Shown piece after piece: positions 7,069-15,998 of a DNA stretch of 32,000 nt. The DNA lies in the NCBI GenBank assembly GCA_045568075.1, contig JBJLBP010000001.1:1110001-1142000 (forward strand), given 5' to 3'. Below the pieces are notes generated by a model that saw only the letters and a program-made list of their open reading frames with translations, was not told the origin of the DNA and did not search any database. Each line of letters opens with the position of its first letter. Position 1 is the stretch's first letter. The DNA comes from Candidatus Thalassarchaeaceae archaeon (GTDB taxonomy: Archaea; Thermoplasmatota; Poseidoniia; Poseidoniales; Thalassarchaeaceae). Made by a program: the position numbers and the translations under genes.

Positions 7069-9444
7069 ATGGGGCGAGCCGTCATTGCCAGCACGACTCT
7101 GGCACTGCTAGCATTACTAGCAATTCTTGCTCCACTGGCGAGTGCTGACACCGTTATCGAGTCCGAGAGAATCGAATTACTGGAAGCGGGTGCTTTCGAC
7201 GATACGAATGCTTGGGATCTCACTACTATGAAGGCCTTCTCTGAAGATTCTGCCGAGCACAGTACCGGAATGATTGCCGATGGTGAGTTGTCATTTACAC
7301 ATGACAGGCCTGACAATTTCCAAAGTCATACCGCTTGGGCAACATACAGTCCCACTGACTCCAATTCAACACTGGGAGAGCCTGATGGATCCTACACCTG
7401 GTCAAAAGGCCCAGACATCGCCCTCTCTGGCTATGACTTCGAGGGGCTACACACGCGTGAGATCGCGAATGTTTCTATGATTCTACACATCTCCATACCA
7501 GACGCACTTCCATCGGATGAGATTCGTATAACGATTGAAGCAAATGGTCCTGAGAGGCTTGTACGTACAATAGCTCGGACCTTTGGTCCGGTAAATCGGA
7601 TGACCACACCGATTGTCGAGAATATCGATAATCTACAGGAATGGACATGGAGTGATTTGGCAGATTCGACAATCGTCGTAGATTATGTCTCAGACGGTGC
7701 TCCAGACGATTCAGAGGTTCGTGTTGATGCAGTGGGCATCCGTGTCAAGTATCACCAACCATGGTATTCATTTGAGACAGTCAAGGCAATTCACGAGAAG
7801 TCCGGGCAGAGCCTACCTGTACTCGATTTCGGGCCTTATGATGGAACACATTCTGGCCTTTCTGTTGAGAATTGTGGATTAACTCCGGATAGTGGCACTC
7901 AAGGAACTTGGGATTTCGAGGTAGAAGTTCCTTATGACCAAGAATTGGGGAGAATCCATGTTTTTGGCGAAGGTAATTTCACCATTGAAGCAATGCCACA
8001 AGGACACACATCAATGGAAAACTTTCAGACCTATGATAACGGAGATTTACTGGCCGAACGCGATGTAACAAATTCGGTTAGAATTACAATCTATGACGGT
8101 TGTATTGAGATGGCTCGCGTCGATGTCAATGACCCGTATCTTGAGGTCTACGGTTCTGTCGCAGGAGCGGTCGATGGCCTCGCTCCAGGATACAGTACCG
8201 TACGCTTTGCCATCGGAAACACACTTGTGAGCCAAGTTGAGATTTCATTAGGAGAATTCGCGTTTCAGGTGCCGATTGGACACGCTTTACCAGGATCTAG
8301 TGAAGCACTCGAAGTCGGTGTGGCTGCTCGCTTCCAATGGTCGTCTAACGGACTCGCTGAGACCACTGTAGTCCATATCGAGTCAATGTCGATAGTCGGA
8401 GGTTACCACTTGGAATGGGATCTCGATGTAACTTGCTCAGCCCCATCCAACATCGAATTGGTAGAGGATGGCGGTGGCTCTCTAATCCCAATGGCAAGCA
8501 GGTGTGAGGATGACCGAACTGAATGGGAAGACCTTGAGGTGCGGGCCTGGACAGATTCGAACGATATCCTCGATGTATCTGCACAAGGTGGCGATATCCG
8601 AGTTCAACCACACGCCGATGCGAGCGGTGAGGCTCGAATTAGCGTACAAGTTCTCGACGCCTCAGGAAATTCCTGGGAAGGTGCATTCAATGTGGATATC
8701 GCTGGTGTCGAAGATTCTCCTACAATCGAAGGGCTACCTGTCTCAACATACATCGATCTGGGTCAAACTCGTGTAATCGACCTCGAAATCACCGACCCTG
8801 ACACCACCGAACTGACGATTTCTACATCGAGGTCTTGGGCTAACGTTGATTCGGCCGGCGACCTCATTCTAACTCCAGTCGAGCCTGGAACTCACACAGT
8901 GGAACTCACAGTGACTGATGGAACATACACCGAGGTTCAGAGTATAGAAGTCATTGTCACAGCACAACCGGACCTCACAATTGAGAATATTGAGATTTGG
9001 AGGGGTGGGGTCTCGGTCGCCGCAGTCGATGAGGGAGATGTTGTCCAACTCAAGGTGTATGTACGCAACGAAGGTTGGGGAGTTGGCGATGCTATAGATG
9101 TACGATGCTGGGTCGATGGTTTGCTTGTCGGATCAACAATGATTGACAGCATCGCACCAGGGGGCCTAGCGATTGCTAACTGTGATACACAGGTCACAAA
9201 TTCAGGCACGGTCGTAATCAGAGCAATGGCCGACGGCACCGCATCGATAGAAGAGTCGAACGAGGAGAATAACGAATTGAGTATCTCGATCGATTCAGAG
9301 GCCCGAGATAACGCAGGTGGCGGCTCAAGCGATGTCGATCGCGGCCCTGCAATCATTGTAGCCTCGATTGGTGTGATAGCCATCTCAATCGCTGCATTGC
9401 AGATGGGACCTGGTCGAGTACGCAAACCATTCCGGAAGAAATGA
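7069..9444 (+). CDS. large cell-surface protein: signal peptide, cadherin-like/Ig-like region, CARDB domain, C-terminal TM anchor
   Basis: The N-terminal signal is MGRAVIASTTLALLALLAILAPLASA. A CARDB-like segment (DLTIENIEIW...VRNEGWGVGDAIDV...EESNEENNE) lies near the C-terminus. The terminal hydrophobic helix is followed by the basic tail RVRKPFRKK. Confidence 0.75.
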   Translation: MGRAVIASTTLALLALLAILAPLASADTVIESERIELLEAGAFDDTNAWDLTTMKAFSEDSAEHSTGMIADGELSFTHDRPDNFQSHTAWATYSPTDSNSTLGEPDGSYTWSKGPDIALSGYDFEGLHTREIANVSMILHISIPDALPSDEIRITIEANGPERLVRTIARTFGPVNRMTTPIVENIDNLQEWTWSDLADSTIVVDYVSDGAPDDSEVRVDAVGIRVKYHQPWYSFETVKAIHEKSGQSLPVLDFGPYDGTHSGLSVENCGLTPDSGTQGTWDFEVEVPYDQELGRIHVFGEGNFTIEAMPQGHTSMENFQTYDNGDLLAERDVTNSVRITIYDGCIEMARVDVNDPYLEVYGSVAGAVDGLAPGYSTVRFAIGNTLVSQVEISLGEFAFQVPIGHALPGSSEALEVGVAARFQWSSNGLAETTVVHIESMSIVGGYHLEWDLDVTCSAPSNIELVEDGGGSLIPMASRCEDDRTEWEDLEVRAWTDSNDILDVSAQGGDIRVQPHADASGEARISVQVLDASGNSWEGAFNVDIAGVEDSPTIEGLPVSTYIDLGQTRVIDLEITDPDTTELTISTSRSWANVDSAGDLILTPVEPGTHTVELTVTDGTYTEVQSIEVIVTAQPDLTIENIEIWRGGVSVAAVDEGDVVQLKVYVRNEGWGVGDAIDVRCWVDGLLVGSTMIDSIAPGGLAIANCDTQVTNSGTVVIRAMADGTASIEESNEENNELSISIDSEARDNAGGGSSDVDRGPAIIVASIGVIAISIAALQMGPGRVRKPFRKK

Positions 9445-9668
9445 GCTCGATTTCATCATCAAGATGGAAAACCCAGAGTTTAGCCCTACAAACCATCCGT
9501 CCGGCCGATAAACGTTGAAAATCGGGTAATGGTTATACCTGAATCAACCGCCAAAATGGCTTACCGCGCTCGTCCAACGAGCCGGTGGTGTGTGTTTGCG
9601 ATGATGAAGCTAAAGGTCCGTATTGAGACTGATGAGTGGATCTACGAAGAGCATGAGACGCAGTGATC

Positions 9669-10634
9669 TCATTCCTTCGACCAGGTCTGCGGATAGACTC
9701 CCACTTGCATCAAAACGACCTTCGGTCGGGCTACTTCTCCGTGTTGCATCGATGCTATTTTCGATGCTGCGGAATTTGTTTCAGCGAGTGCGACTGCCTC
9801 TCCTTTGAGACTCTCAAGAACCACTAAATCACCTCTTTCAATACCTTCACTTAGACTTACTACACCGGGCCGTGCTAGGGCTGCTCCGTGTGAAATCGCT
9901 GCGGCTGCGCCGTCTTTGACGACAATGCGTGGAAGGTGACCAAGAATCGCTTCTACTGGCGCTATGAGCTGACGCAAGGCGCGATCATCCTCGTGCTCAC
10001 GCCAGAGGAATACTGCATCGGTCAATTGCTGCATTGTGCATGCATTTGATTGATCGAACGAACCGGTTTGGTCACGATGAAGTTCTAGGAGTTCGCAACC
10101 GGTATCGAGCATTAGTCCGAAATCTCGGGCAAGAGTTCGGATGTAGGTACCAGCGTTGCAGGTGATTGTTACTGCGGTTGTACGGGATTCATCGTCCGCG
10201 TCGATAATTCGTATATCATGGAGAATTCGAGTTCGGACACGGACCTTGACTGCAGATTCTAGAGGTGGAACATTGTAGATTTCACCTTGGAGTGATTCGA
10301 GAAGATTTGCTAATTCTTCTTGTGTGACTTCACGGGCAAAACGAAGCACTGCGATGTAGCGCTTGTCTCCAGTGAGGACCATTTCGGTCAGTCTAGTTGA
10401 CTTACCACAGAGCATGGTTAGGAGTCCTGTAGCGAATGGATCGAGGGTTCCTCCGTGACCTAATCGCTGGATTCCAAGCATTTCACGTGCCCAAGCCGTG
10501 AGTTGATGACTGGATGGCCCTCGCGGCTTGTCAACAAGAATGACGCCTGCATCGAGCAATTGCTCAAGGGTTCTTTCTGATGGTTTACAGCCGTTTTTGG
10601 AGTCTGTAGTGGCCTTCTCATCGAGGATTATCAT
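9669..10634 (-). CDS. cbf5: tRNA/rRNA pseudouridine synthase Cbf5 (H/ACA RNP catalytic subunit, TruB family) with PUA domain
   Basis: ILVDKPRGPSSHQ...GHGGTLDPFATG contains the catalytic Asp motif. The C-terminus is PUA-like (PRIVVKDGAAAAISHGAAL). An AAGGAG Shine-Dalgarno motif is present, and the start is 4 nt after the cmk stop. Confidence 0.9.
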   Translation of the reverse strand: MIILDEKATTDSKNGCKPSERTLEQLLDAGVILVDKPRGPSSHQLTAWAREMLGIQRLGHGGTLDPFATGLLTMLCGKSTRLTEMVLTGDKRYIAVLRFAREVTQEELANLLESLQGEIYNVPPLESAVKVRVRTRILHDIRIIDADDESRTTAVTITCNAGTYIRTLARDFGLMLDTGCELLELHRDQTGSFDQSNACTMQQLTDAVFLWREHEDDRALRQLIAPVEAILGHLPRIVVKDGAAAAISHGAALARPGVVSLSEGIERGDLVVLESLKGEAVALAETNSAASKIASMQHGEVARPKVVLMQVGVYPQTWSKE

Positions 10635-10638
10635 ATAT

Positions 10639-11175
10639 TCACTCTCCTTGAATTGCTGCGCTGACTATTGTGAAGACATCGTCAGCGCTCAAATCATTTG
10701 CATCGACGACGAGGTTGTATGGAGTCATGTCGTCGAGGTCAATTTCATAGAGGATTCGGTAACGTTCTTTGTCAGCACTTTGACGAGCGCTTGATTCCGC
10801 GAGACGCTCTTCGAAGCTACCGCCCTCACGGTTCTGCACACGGCGGGCGCGTTCCTCATCGGAGGTTGCAATCCATACCCTGTGGCAATCAATCTCGAGT
10901 TCGTGCGCCCACCATCCTGAAAGGCGACTCTCAATGATTTGAGGGCCGTTTTCGCGAGTCATTGCATCGCGCAGAAGTGTATCTAACGAACGATCGACAT
11001 CGAGGTCAGTCTTGCACAATTCACTGAATTCGACTACTGGTAGACCTCGGCGGGTGGCTTCTGCACGGAACACCTCACCGCCGTTGAGTGATTCCCAACC
11101 TGTCGACTCGCGAATCTTGGATACAAGGGTCGAAGTTCCGCTTCCTGGTGCGCCACTGATGGTGATGTGTACCAT
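10639..11175 (-). CDS. cmk: archaeal-type cytidylate kinase (adenylate-kinase-fold NMP kinase)
   Basis: P-loop ITISGAPGSGTST. The conserved archaeal context is DUF106-cmk-cbf5. A strong GGAGGTGA Shine-Dalgarno motif 5 nt upstream favours the ATG at 11175 over the ORF-track start at 11208. Confidence 0.75.
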   Translation of the reverse strand: MVHITISGAPGSGTSTLVSKIRESTGWESLNGGEVFRAEATRRGLPVVEFSELCKTDLDVDRSLDTLLRDAMTRENGPQIIESRLSGWWAHELEIDCHRVWIATSDEERARRVQNREGGSFEERLAESSARQSADKERYRILYEIDLDDMTPYNLVVDANDLSADDVFTIVSAAIQGE

Positions 11176-11179
11176 CCGC

Positions 11180-12097
11180 TCACCTCCACTCATTTCGGCA
11201 GACATCACAGCGTATTCGCCCTGAACTGGTCCTGCTTACAGACAACGAGTTACAATCCGGACAAGATGTTCCGGCCTTAGGTGGAGCAGCGTGGACATTT
11301 CCACTACGCTTAGTTTCAGATTCCTGCCCTCGCTTGCGAGGTCCATCTCGACTCCTGCGCTGACCTCGACGAGTCGTGGCTGGAGCCTTCTTTGTCTGCT
11401 CTTTGAGGAGATGGAGCAAAGGCTCAGGGATCGGATCGCCTTTGAGAATGAGAGGGTGGCGACCGAATCTGATGATCTTGATGTGACGGTCGACGATTCT
11501 TCCTAGTGGTGCACTCATCGCAATGTAAGTCACAACCCATGCTGGGAAAATCCACATCACTCTATCCATCATTCCCCACATCGGCTGCCATGGCAGACTG
11601 ACGTAATCTACACGGAAGCCGGTAGCTGCCTCAGCCATCCAGCTGAATATTGCAATGATGAAGACAATTGTGAACATCATCGGCTTCATCATGGCCGATT
11701 GCATCGCCATTTGGTCCGGCATCATCTCCATCTGTAATCGTCGCATCTTGTCAACACGAGCCGTATCTCTCTCGGCCTGAGCTTCTCGCAATTGCTTCTG
11801 AATCTGCTTGTTCCGGTGAGCCGTGTGAACTTGAGTAATAGGATCCATGAATAATCCTCGAATTATTGTGTTCACAATCATGATCGAGGAACCAATGATT
11901 GCCACGGTCGGCACGAAGAATTCAGAATGGAACGGAAGTGCCGGTTCGATCACAGTTCCAGCCAGATCTGAAAGACCGATACGTAATGATGGATTGATCG
12001 AAAGAAGAATCATGAATCCGAGAATGACGAGCATCGGAGTCATCATGCCAGCCATGGCTTGGTTCTGAGCGCCACCCTGCCCAGCCTGTGCTGCCAT
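11180..12097 (-). CDS. DUF106 / EMC3-TMCO1-like (Oxa1-superfamily) membrane insertase homolog with basic C-terminal tail and zinc ribbon
   Basis: Three hydrophobic helices surround a Met/Gln-rich coiled segment (RRLQMEMMPDQMAMQSAMMKPMM), typical of DUF106. The ~80-aa C-terminal extension is Arg/Lys-rich and ends in CPDC...CDVC. Confidence 0.7.
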   Translation of the reverse strand: MAAQAGQGGAQNQAMAGMMTPMLVILGFMILLSINPSLRIGLSDLAGTVIEPALPFHSEFFVPTVAIIGSSIMIVNTIIRGLFMDPITQVHTAHRNKQIQKQLREAQAERDTARVDKMRRLQMEMMPDQMAMQSAMMKPMMFTIVFIIAIFSWMAEAATGFRVDYVSLPWQPMWGMMDRVMWIFPAWVVTYIAMSAPLGRIVDRHIKIIRFGRHPLILKGDPIPEPLLHLLKEQTKKAPATTRRGQRRSRDGPRKRGQESETKRSGNVHAAPPKAGTSCPDCNSLSVSRTSSGRIRCDVCRNEWR

Positions 12098-12173
12098 GGT
12101 TCTCTCGCTTCATCGGACTCAATTGAAGCATTCGGCTGGGCTCACATGAAATGTGAGCCATCTTCTGTTGCAC

Positions 12174-15026
12174 TCAACTGAATTGGAAACTGCAAGTCTC
12201 GCAAGAAGATGAGCCAACAGCAGCCTCGGTTCCGCATACTGGACAGACGTCAGGAGTTGGAATAGCTGGAGTATCTGATTGGTCTTCATCTGCCTCTTCT
12301 GAGTCCTCAGTGACCTCTTGTTCAACCTCATCCCGCTCTGGCTCGATGGATTGCACCTGTGGCTTTGAGAAGTCGACAGACTCATCATCAGCGGATTCTG
12401 CTTCAGCCGCTACAGGTTCTTCTGCAACCTCATCGATAGCCTCCTCGACTTCCTCTGCCTCAGGTTCTGGCTCATGGACAGGAGGCTCGGGCATGGAGCG
12501 TGTCGCCTCATCGACCCAATCGGGTAGATTCGGTTCTTCATCGACTTCATCACCAAAGGTGGCGCCATGGTAATCCTGTGCGTCGGCCACCTTGTATTCG
12601 CTCTCGGAATCTCCCTGAATCTCGAAGACAACTTCGATCCTCTCGTTCTTCTCTATACGGCCAATCGGCCAGCTTACGTGAGTTCCCTCTCTGGCCGATT
12701 CCTTGCTGAAATCGATAACGCGTTCTCCAGATTGGTTCGATCTCACGGTTGATTTCTCAATATTGAAAGTGCCAGGCACGACATCGTGCAGTGATAGATC
12801 CTCTAGTGCGCTATCGGAGTCGTTTTGGAACATCAATAGAATCTCATAACGACCCGAACCGGCAGCCGGGAATACTTCCTTACCAGTAGAGAATCGCCTT
12901 CGGCGGTGAACGACTCTGATCATAGGAACACGGTTACAGAATCGTGTTGCCACCGGGCCGAACCTTTCCATACTGAAATCGGCCCGAATCGGTGCCGCCA
13001 ATTTGTCATTCTGTGGCGACGGATCCTCGGCGTGTAGTGGGTAACTAATCGTCAGAGATTTGCCTGGCTGCAAGCCAAGTGGAGCCGAGGTTCCAACGGT
13101 GATTCGAAGCGCGTGGCCCTGAGAATCGGGAGATATTAGTTGCTCTTCGAGTTGAGTTCCGTCAACTACCTCGATTCGATATTGATCTTGATTCAAGTCC
13201 GTCCCTTCGATTTCAATACGGACTTGATCTGAAGATGGTATGTTGAAGATTCCTGGGATGTCGTCAAGCAAGCGCATGACATTTATCGGGGCTGAACCAG
13301 TGTTTTCCACGACTGTAATGCATTCAAGATCAGAGGGGACATAAGAGCGGATACGCGAGATGCTGTACTGCTTGTTGACCTCGGCGTCGAGGACCTTGAT
13401 ACTCCTCTCCTTCAGTTCAAGGACACCTGTCGATTCGACGTTCGCACGAGGCAAAATCGAGTAATTGATTTCATGAGTGAAATTTGGTTTGTCGATTGCT
13501 TCAATCCGCTTTTCAAGAGAATCCCAGAGTCCTTCTGGAGGAATATCTTCTCGGATGTCTTCCATCTCCAAAAATGGATCACTGCGGCCTGCTAACCACA
13601 CTGTGGCACCGGATAAGCTAACAACGAATGACGACCGATTTTCAACAACAAGTTTGCAATGGAAAACATCAGGTCGGTCGTCTTCCTTAGGAGATACGTA
13701 GCCGAATTGTCGAGCCCTGGATGAGACAGCATCGAACTGGGCTCGGGAAACCGTCGCTTCGCACGAATAAGCGCCGCTTACCGTACCTGTTGCGAAGCGC
13801 TGTATGGTTCGAGTGGTGACTCTTGGTGCAATTTCGAGAGTTGCGCTCTCGCCGACCGAGAGTCTCCCGATACGCCAGATGAGTTCGCTATCTTTGATAT
13901 CATATTCCGGTCCTTCTGAGAGTTCGAAATTTTCAGGAAGGGCGCGTCGCACAACGACGTCCATTAGCGCGACTGGCGCGATATTCTCGACGCTGAGGCG
14001 AACGATAATCTCCTGAGAATGCTCTGAGTAAACCATCGAGAGACTAGCCTCTTGTGGCCGCTCCGGCTCGGTGTCGATGTGTTCCCGGAGAATCATCATC
14101 CGCGGACCGGAGGCGGTGTAAGGGAGATTCGTGGTCTGAGTAGCATCAAGTTCGCGGACGGTGATTGCGCCGCCACCGATATCGGTTGCTCCTGTATTCT
14201 GTAAGAGAACCTCGATGTCCCATGCGCGGTCCTTGCGACTTGAGTTACGGAGAATGAGTTCGCCGTCTATTGATTGCTGGCGGACCGTACCATCTGGATT
14301 GAGGACTGATTCCTCCTTTTCTCTCAAAGTGACGTGTAATTTGTCTCCGGGAATCGCGTCGACTTCGGCAGCTGGTCTGAGATTGCTCGAAAGTGCCGGC
14401 GCCGGTTCTTTCGGAGGAGAGGCTTCTTCGATCGCTTCCTCAAAGGCAGATGCGAAGGGGTCAGCAGGCGGAGGAGCTCCGAATGGGTCATCCACCTGTG
14501 GACTATCTACTGCCGCGCTCGATTCCGATGCTAAGGCTGTATCCAGTGCTGCATTGAGGTCGCCGATTTCAGCTTGTTCCTCATTATTATCTTCCTCGAG
14601 TAGCCCATCGAGCGCCGCTAGAGAATCATCGAAGGATTCGATATCGTATTCTTCGGCTAGCCAATCCTCGTCGTCGGCCGCAGCCTCAGAAATTTCCTCA
14701 GCGGCCGTCTCAAATCCAGGGGGTGGAGGAGGTGCGATGCCTTCCATTCCGGGAGGAAGTGGTGGTGCGTCGAGTTCCATAGGTGGTGCTGGCGGTGGTA
14801 AATCGAGACCCGGTGGAGCTGGTGGAGGTATGTCGAAGCCTGGTGGAATGGGAGGAGGTGTCGCAAATGGAGATTCTTCGTTTACCTCAACTTCCTCCTC
14901 AGTCGACTCCTGTTCTATCATTTCGCTAAACTCGTCCTCTTCGTCATTCGCATCGAAACCAGGCGGGGGTGGAGGAGGCGGGAGCGGAGGCATGCCCGGG
15001 GGAGGAGGGGGAGGGGTATCGGACAT
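12174..15026 (-). CDS. large hypothetical protein: polyproline (FH1-like) N-terminus, acidic linkers, ~5 beta-sandwich repeats, C-terminal zinc ribbon
   Basis: The long ORF is uninterrupted. The ORF track opens at GTG 15089, with ATGs at 15080 and 15026; I prefer MSDTPPPP at 15026. I see no signal peptide or TM helix. The C-terminus carries CPVCG...CETC. Confidence 0.7.
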   Translation of the reverse strand: MSDTPPPPPPGMPPLPPPPPPPGFDANDEEDEFSEMIEQESTEEEVEVNEESPFATPPPIPPGFDIPPPAPPGLDLPPPAPPMELDAPPLPPGMEGIAPPPPPGFETAAEEISEAAADDEDWLAEEYDIESFDDSLAALDGLLEEDNNEEQAEIGDLNAALDTALASESSAAVDSPQVDDPFGAPPPADPFASAFEEAIEEASPPKEPAPALSSNLRPAAEVDAIPGDKLHVTLREKEESVLNPDGTVRQQSIDGELILRNSSRKDRAWDIEVLLQNTGATDIGGGAITVRELDATQTTNLPYTASGPRMMILREHIDTEPERPQEASLSMVYSEHSQEIIVRLSVENIAPVALMDVVVRRALPENFELSEGPEYDIKDSELIWRIGRLSVGESATLEIAPRVTTRTIQRFATGTVSGAYSCEATVSRAQFDAVSSRARQFGYVSPKEDDRPDVFHCKLVVENRSSFVVSLSGATVWLAGRSDPFLEMEDIREDIPPEGLWDSLEKRIEAIDKPNFTHEINYSILPRANVESTGVLELKERSIKVLDAEVNKQYSISRIRSYVPSDLECITVVENTGSAPINVMRLLDDIPGIFNIPSSDQVRIEIEGTDLNQDQYRIEVVDGTQLEEQLISPDSQGHALRITVGTSAPLGLQPGKSLTISYPLHAEDPSPQNDKLAAPIRADFSMERFGPVATRFCNRVPMIRVVHRRRRFSTGKEVFPAAGSGRYEILLMFQNDSDSALEDLSLHDVVPGTFNIEKSTVRSNQSGERVIDFSKESAREGTHVSWPIGRIEKNERIEVVFEIQGDSESEYKVADAQDYHGATFGDEVDEEPNLPDWVDEATRSMPEPPVHEPEPEAEEVEEAIDEVAEEPVAAEAESADDESVDFSKPQVQSIEPERDEVEQEVTEDSEEADEDQSDTPAIPTPDVCPVCGTEAAVGSSSCETCSFQFS

Positions 15027-15152
15027 GGTGGAAGCAGCCTCGAAGGTAAGTATGGACGCGCATTCGATTGGTTTAATCATTGCTCGCACGCAGTCCTACG
15101 GACTGATTCGATTCACGAATGTTTGAATTACCCCTCATGCCGGCAGGAAGCC

Positions 15153-15998
15153 ATGAGCAATCAAGACGGAACCACTCCTCCGGTCATCTTTGTGGTCGGT
15201 ACTGCTGGTGCTGGAAAGAGCACACTGGTCACCGCCTTCCAACGCTGGGCTAGATTCCTACAGGTGGATGTGCTGTGTATCAATCTCGATCCGGGAGCCG
15301 AACGAGTCCATTACGACCCTGAATTCGATGTTCGCGATTTGGTCTCTTTAGCCGACGTAATGGACGAGTACGATCTCGGCCCCAATGGCGCCCAAATCTT
15401 GGCTGCTGACTTGGTTGCAGCTCAAGCACTGGATGTGTTTGATGAGATCGAAGGATTGTCGGGGGATATTTTGGTGATTGATACGCCAGGACAGGTTGAA
15501 TTGTTTGCTTTCAGAGAGGCGAGCAGTCACTTGGTTGAGGTGCTCGGTCAAGGTCGCGCATGCTTGGCTTTCTTGTTCGATCCGATGCTATCTCAGACAC
15601 CAAGCGGATTCGTATCTCAGATGCTTCTTTCATCAATTGTTCACTTCCGCTTGGGTCTGCCAACTGCTAACTTCCTTTCGAAGGCTGATTTGCTTGAACC
15701 CGAGGTCCTTTCAAGAATTCTTGAGTGGGGAGATAATCTCGATACTTTGGAGGCGGCCTTGTATGAAGAGTCTGCAGCCGAGTCAAGGGATCATCACTCT
15801 GGGACTTCGAGGGCAGAATTCGCAATTGGTCAATTACGCATGATGCAACATGCGGCCATCCAGCCAGGGCTTGTGCCTTTGTCTAGTGAGGAAGAGGAAG
15901 GGCTGGCTGACATGCTGACATTTGCTCAGACTGTGTTCGGCGGCATGGCCGACATGAGAGATGGATTTGCAGGAGATATCGAACATGAGCGACAATGA
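15153..15998 (+). CDS. GPN-loop GTPase (Npa3/XAB1/PAB0955 family)
   Basis: P-loop VVGTAGAGKST, the diagnostic GPN motif (DLGPNGA) and DTPGQ(V)E. The ORF track start at 15123 is TTG; the first ATG is at 15153. Confidence 0.85.
   Translation: MSNQDGTTPPVIFVVGTAGAGKSTLVTAFQRWARFLQVDVLCINLDPGAERVHYDPEFDVRDLVSLADVMDEYDLGPNGAQILAADLVAAQALDVFDEIEGLSGDILVIDTPGQVELFAFREASSHLVEVLGQGRACLAFLFDPMLSQTPSGFVSQMLLSSIVHFRLGLPTANFLSKADLLEPEVLSRILEWGDNLDTLEAALYEESAAESRDHHSGTSRAEFAIGQLRMMQHAAIQPGLVPLSSEEEEGLADMLTFAQTVFGGMADMRDGFAGDIEHERQ

Noticed and set aside
6885-7148. 87-aa plus-strand ORF (MGPWPGLEPGPAGPQ...)
   Set aside because: It is the translation of the antisense strand of tRNA-His and its promoter region, and it overlaps the start of the surface-protein gene.
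9529-9666. 45-aa ORF (MVIPESTAKMAYRARPTSRWCVFAMMKLKVRIETDEWIYEEHETQ) in the 224-nt gap between the surface-protein gene and cbf5
   Set aside because: There is no Shine-Dalgarno motif and no resemblance to known small ribosomal or zinc-ribbon proteins. It lies in a convergent terminator region, so there is not enough evidence to call it a gene.
9595-9668. C/D-box-sRNA-like motifs (ATGATGA at 9601-9607, CTGA at 9629-9632, overlapping TGATGA at 9630-9635) in the convergent gap next to cbf5
   Set aside because: The spacing does not fit an archaeal C/D sRNA: the spacer is 21 nt instead of ~12 nt and the D' and C' boxes overlap. There is no terminal CTGA and no complementary terminal stem. It could only be revived by RNA-seq evidence.
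14161-15126. 321-aa plus-strand ORF rich in Gly/Ser (GGGGAMPSIPGGSGGASS...)
   Set aside because: It is the antisense shadow of the proline- and acid-rich part of the 12174-15026 gene (CCN codons read as GGN). It is low-complexity throughout, whereas the minus-strand frame continues into ~950 aa of well-structured domains.
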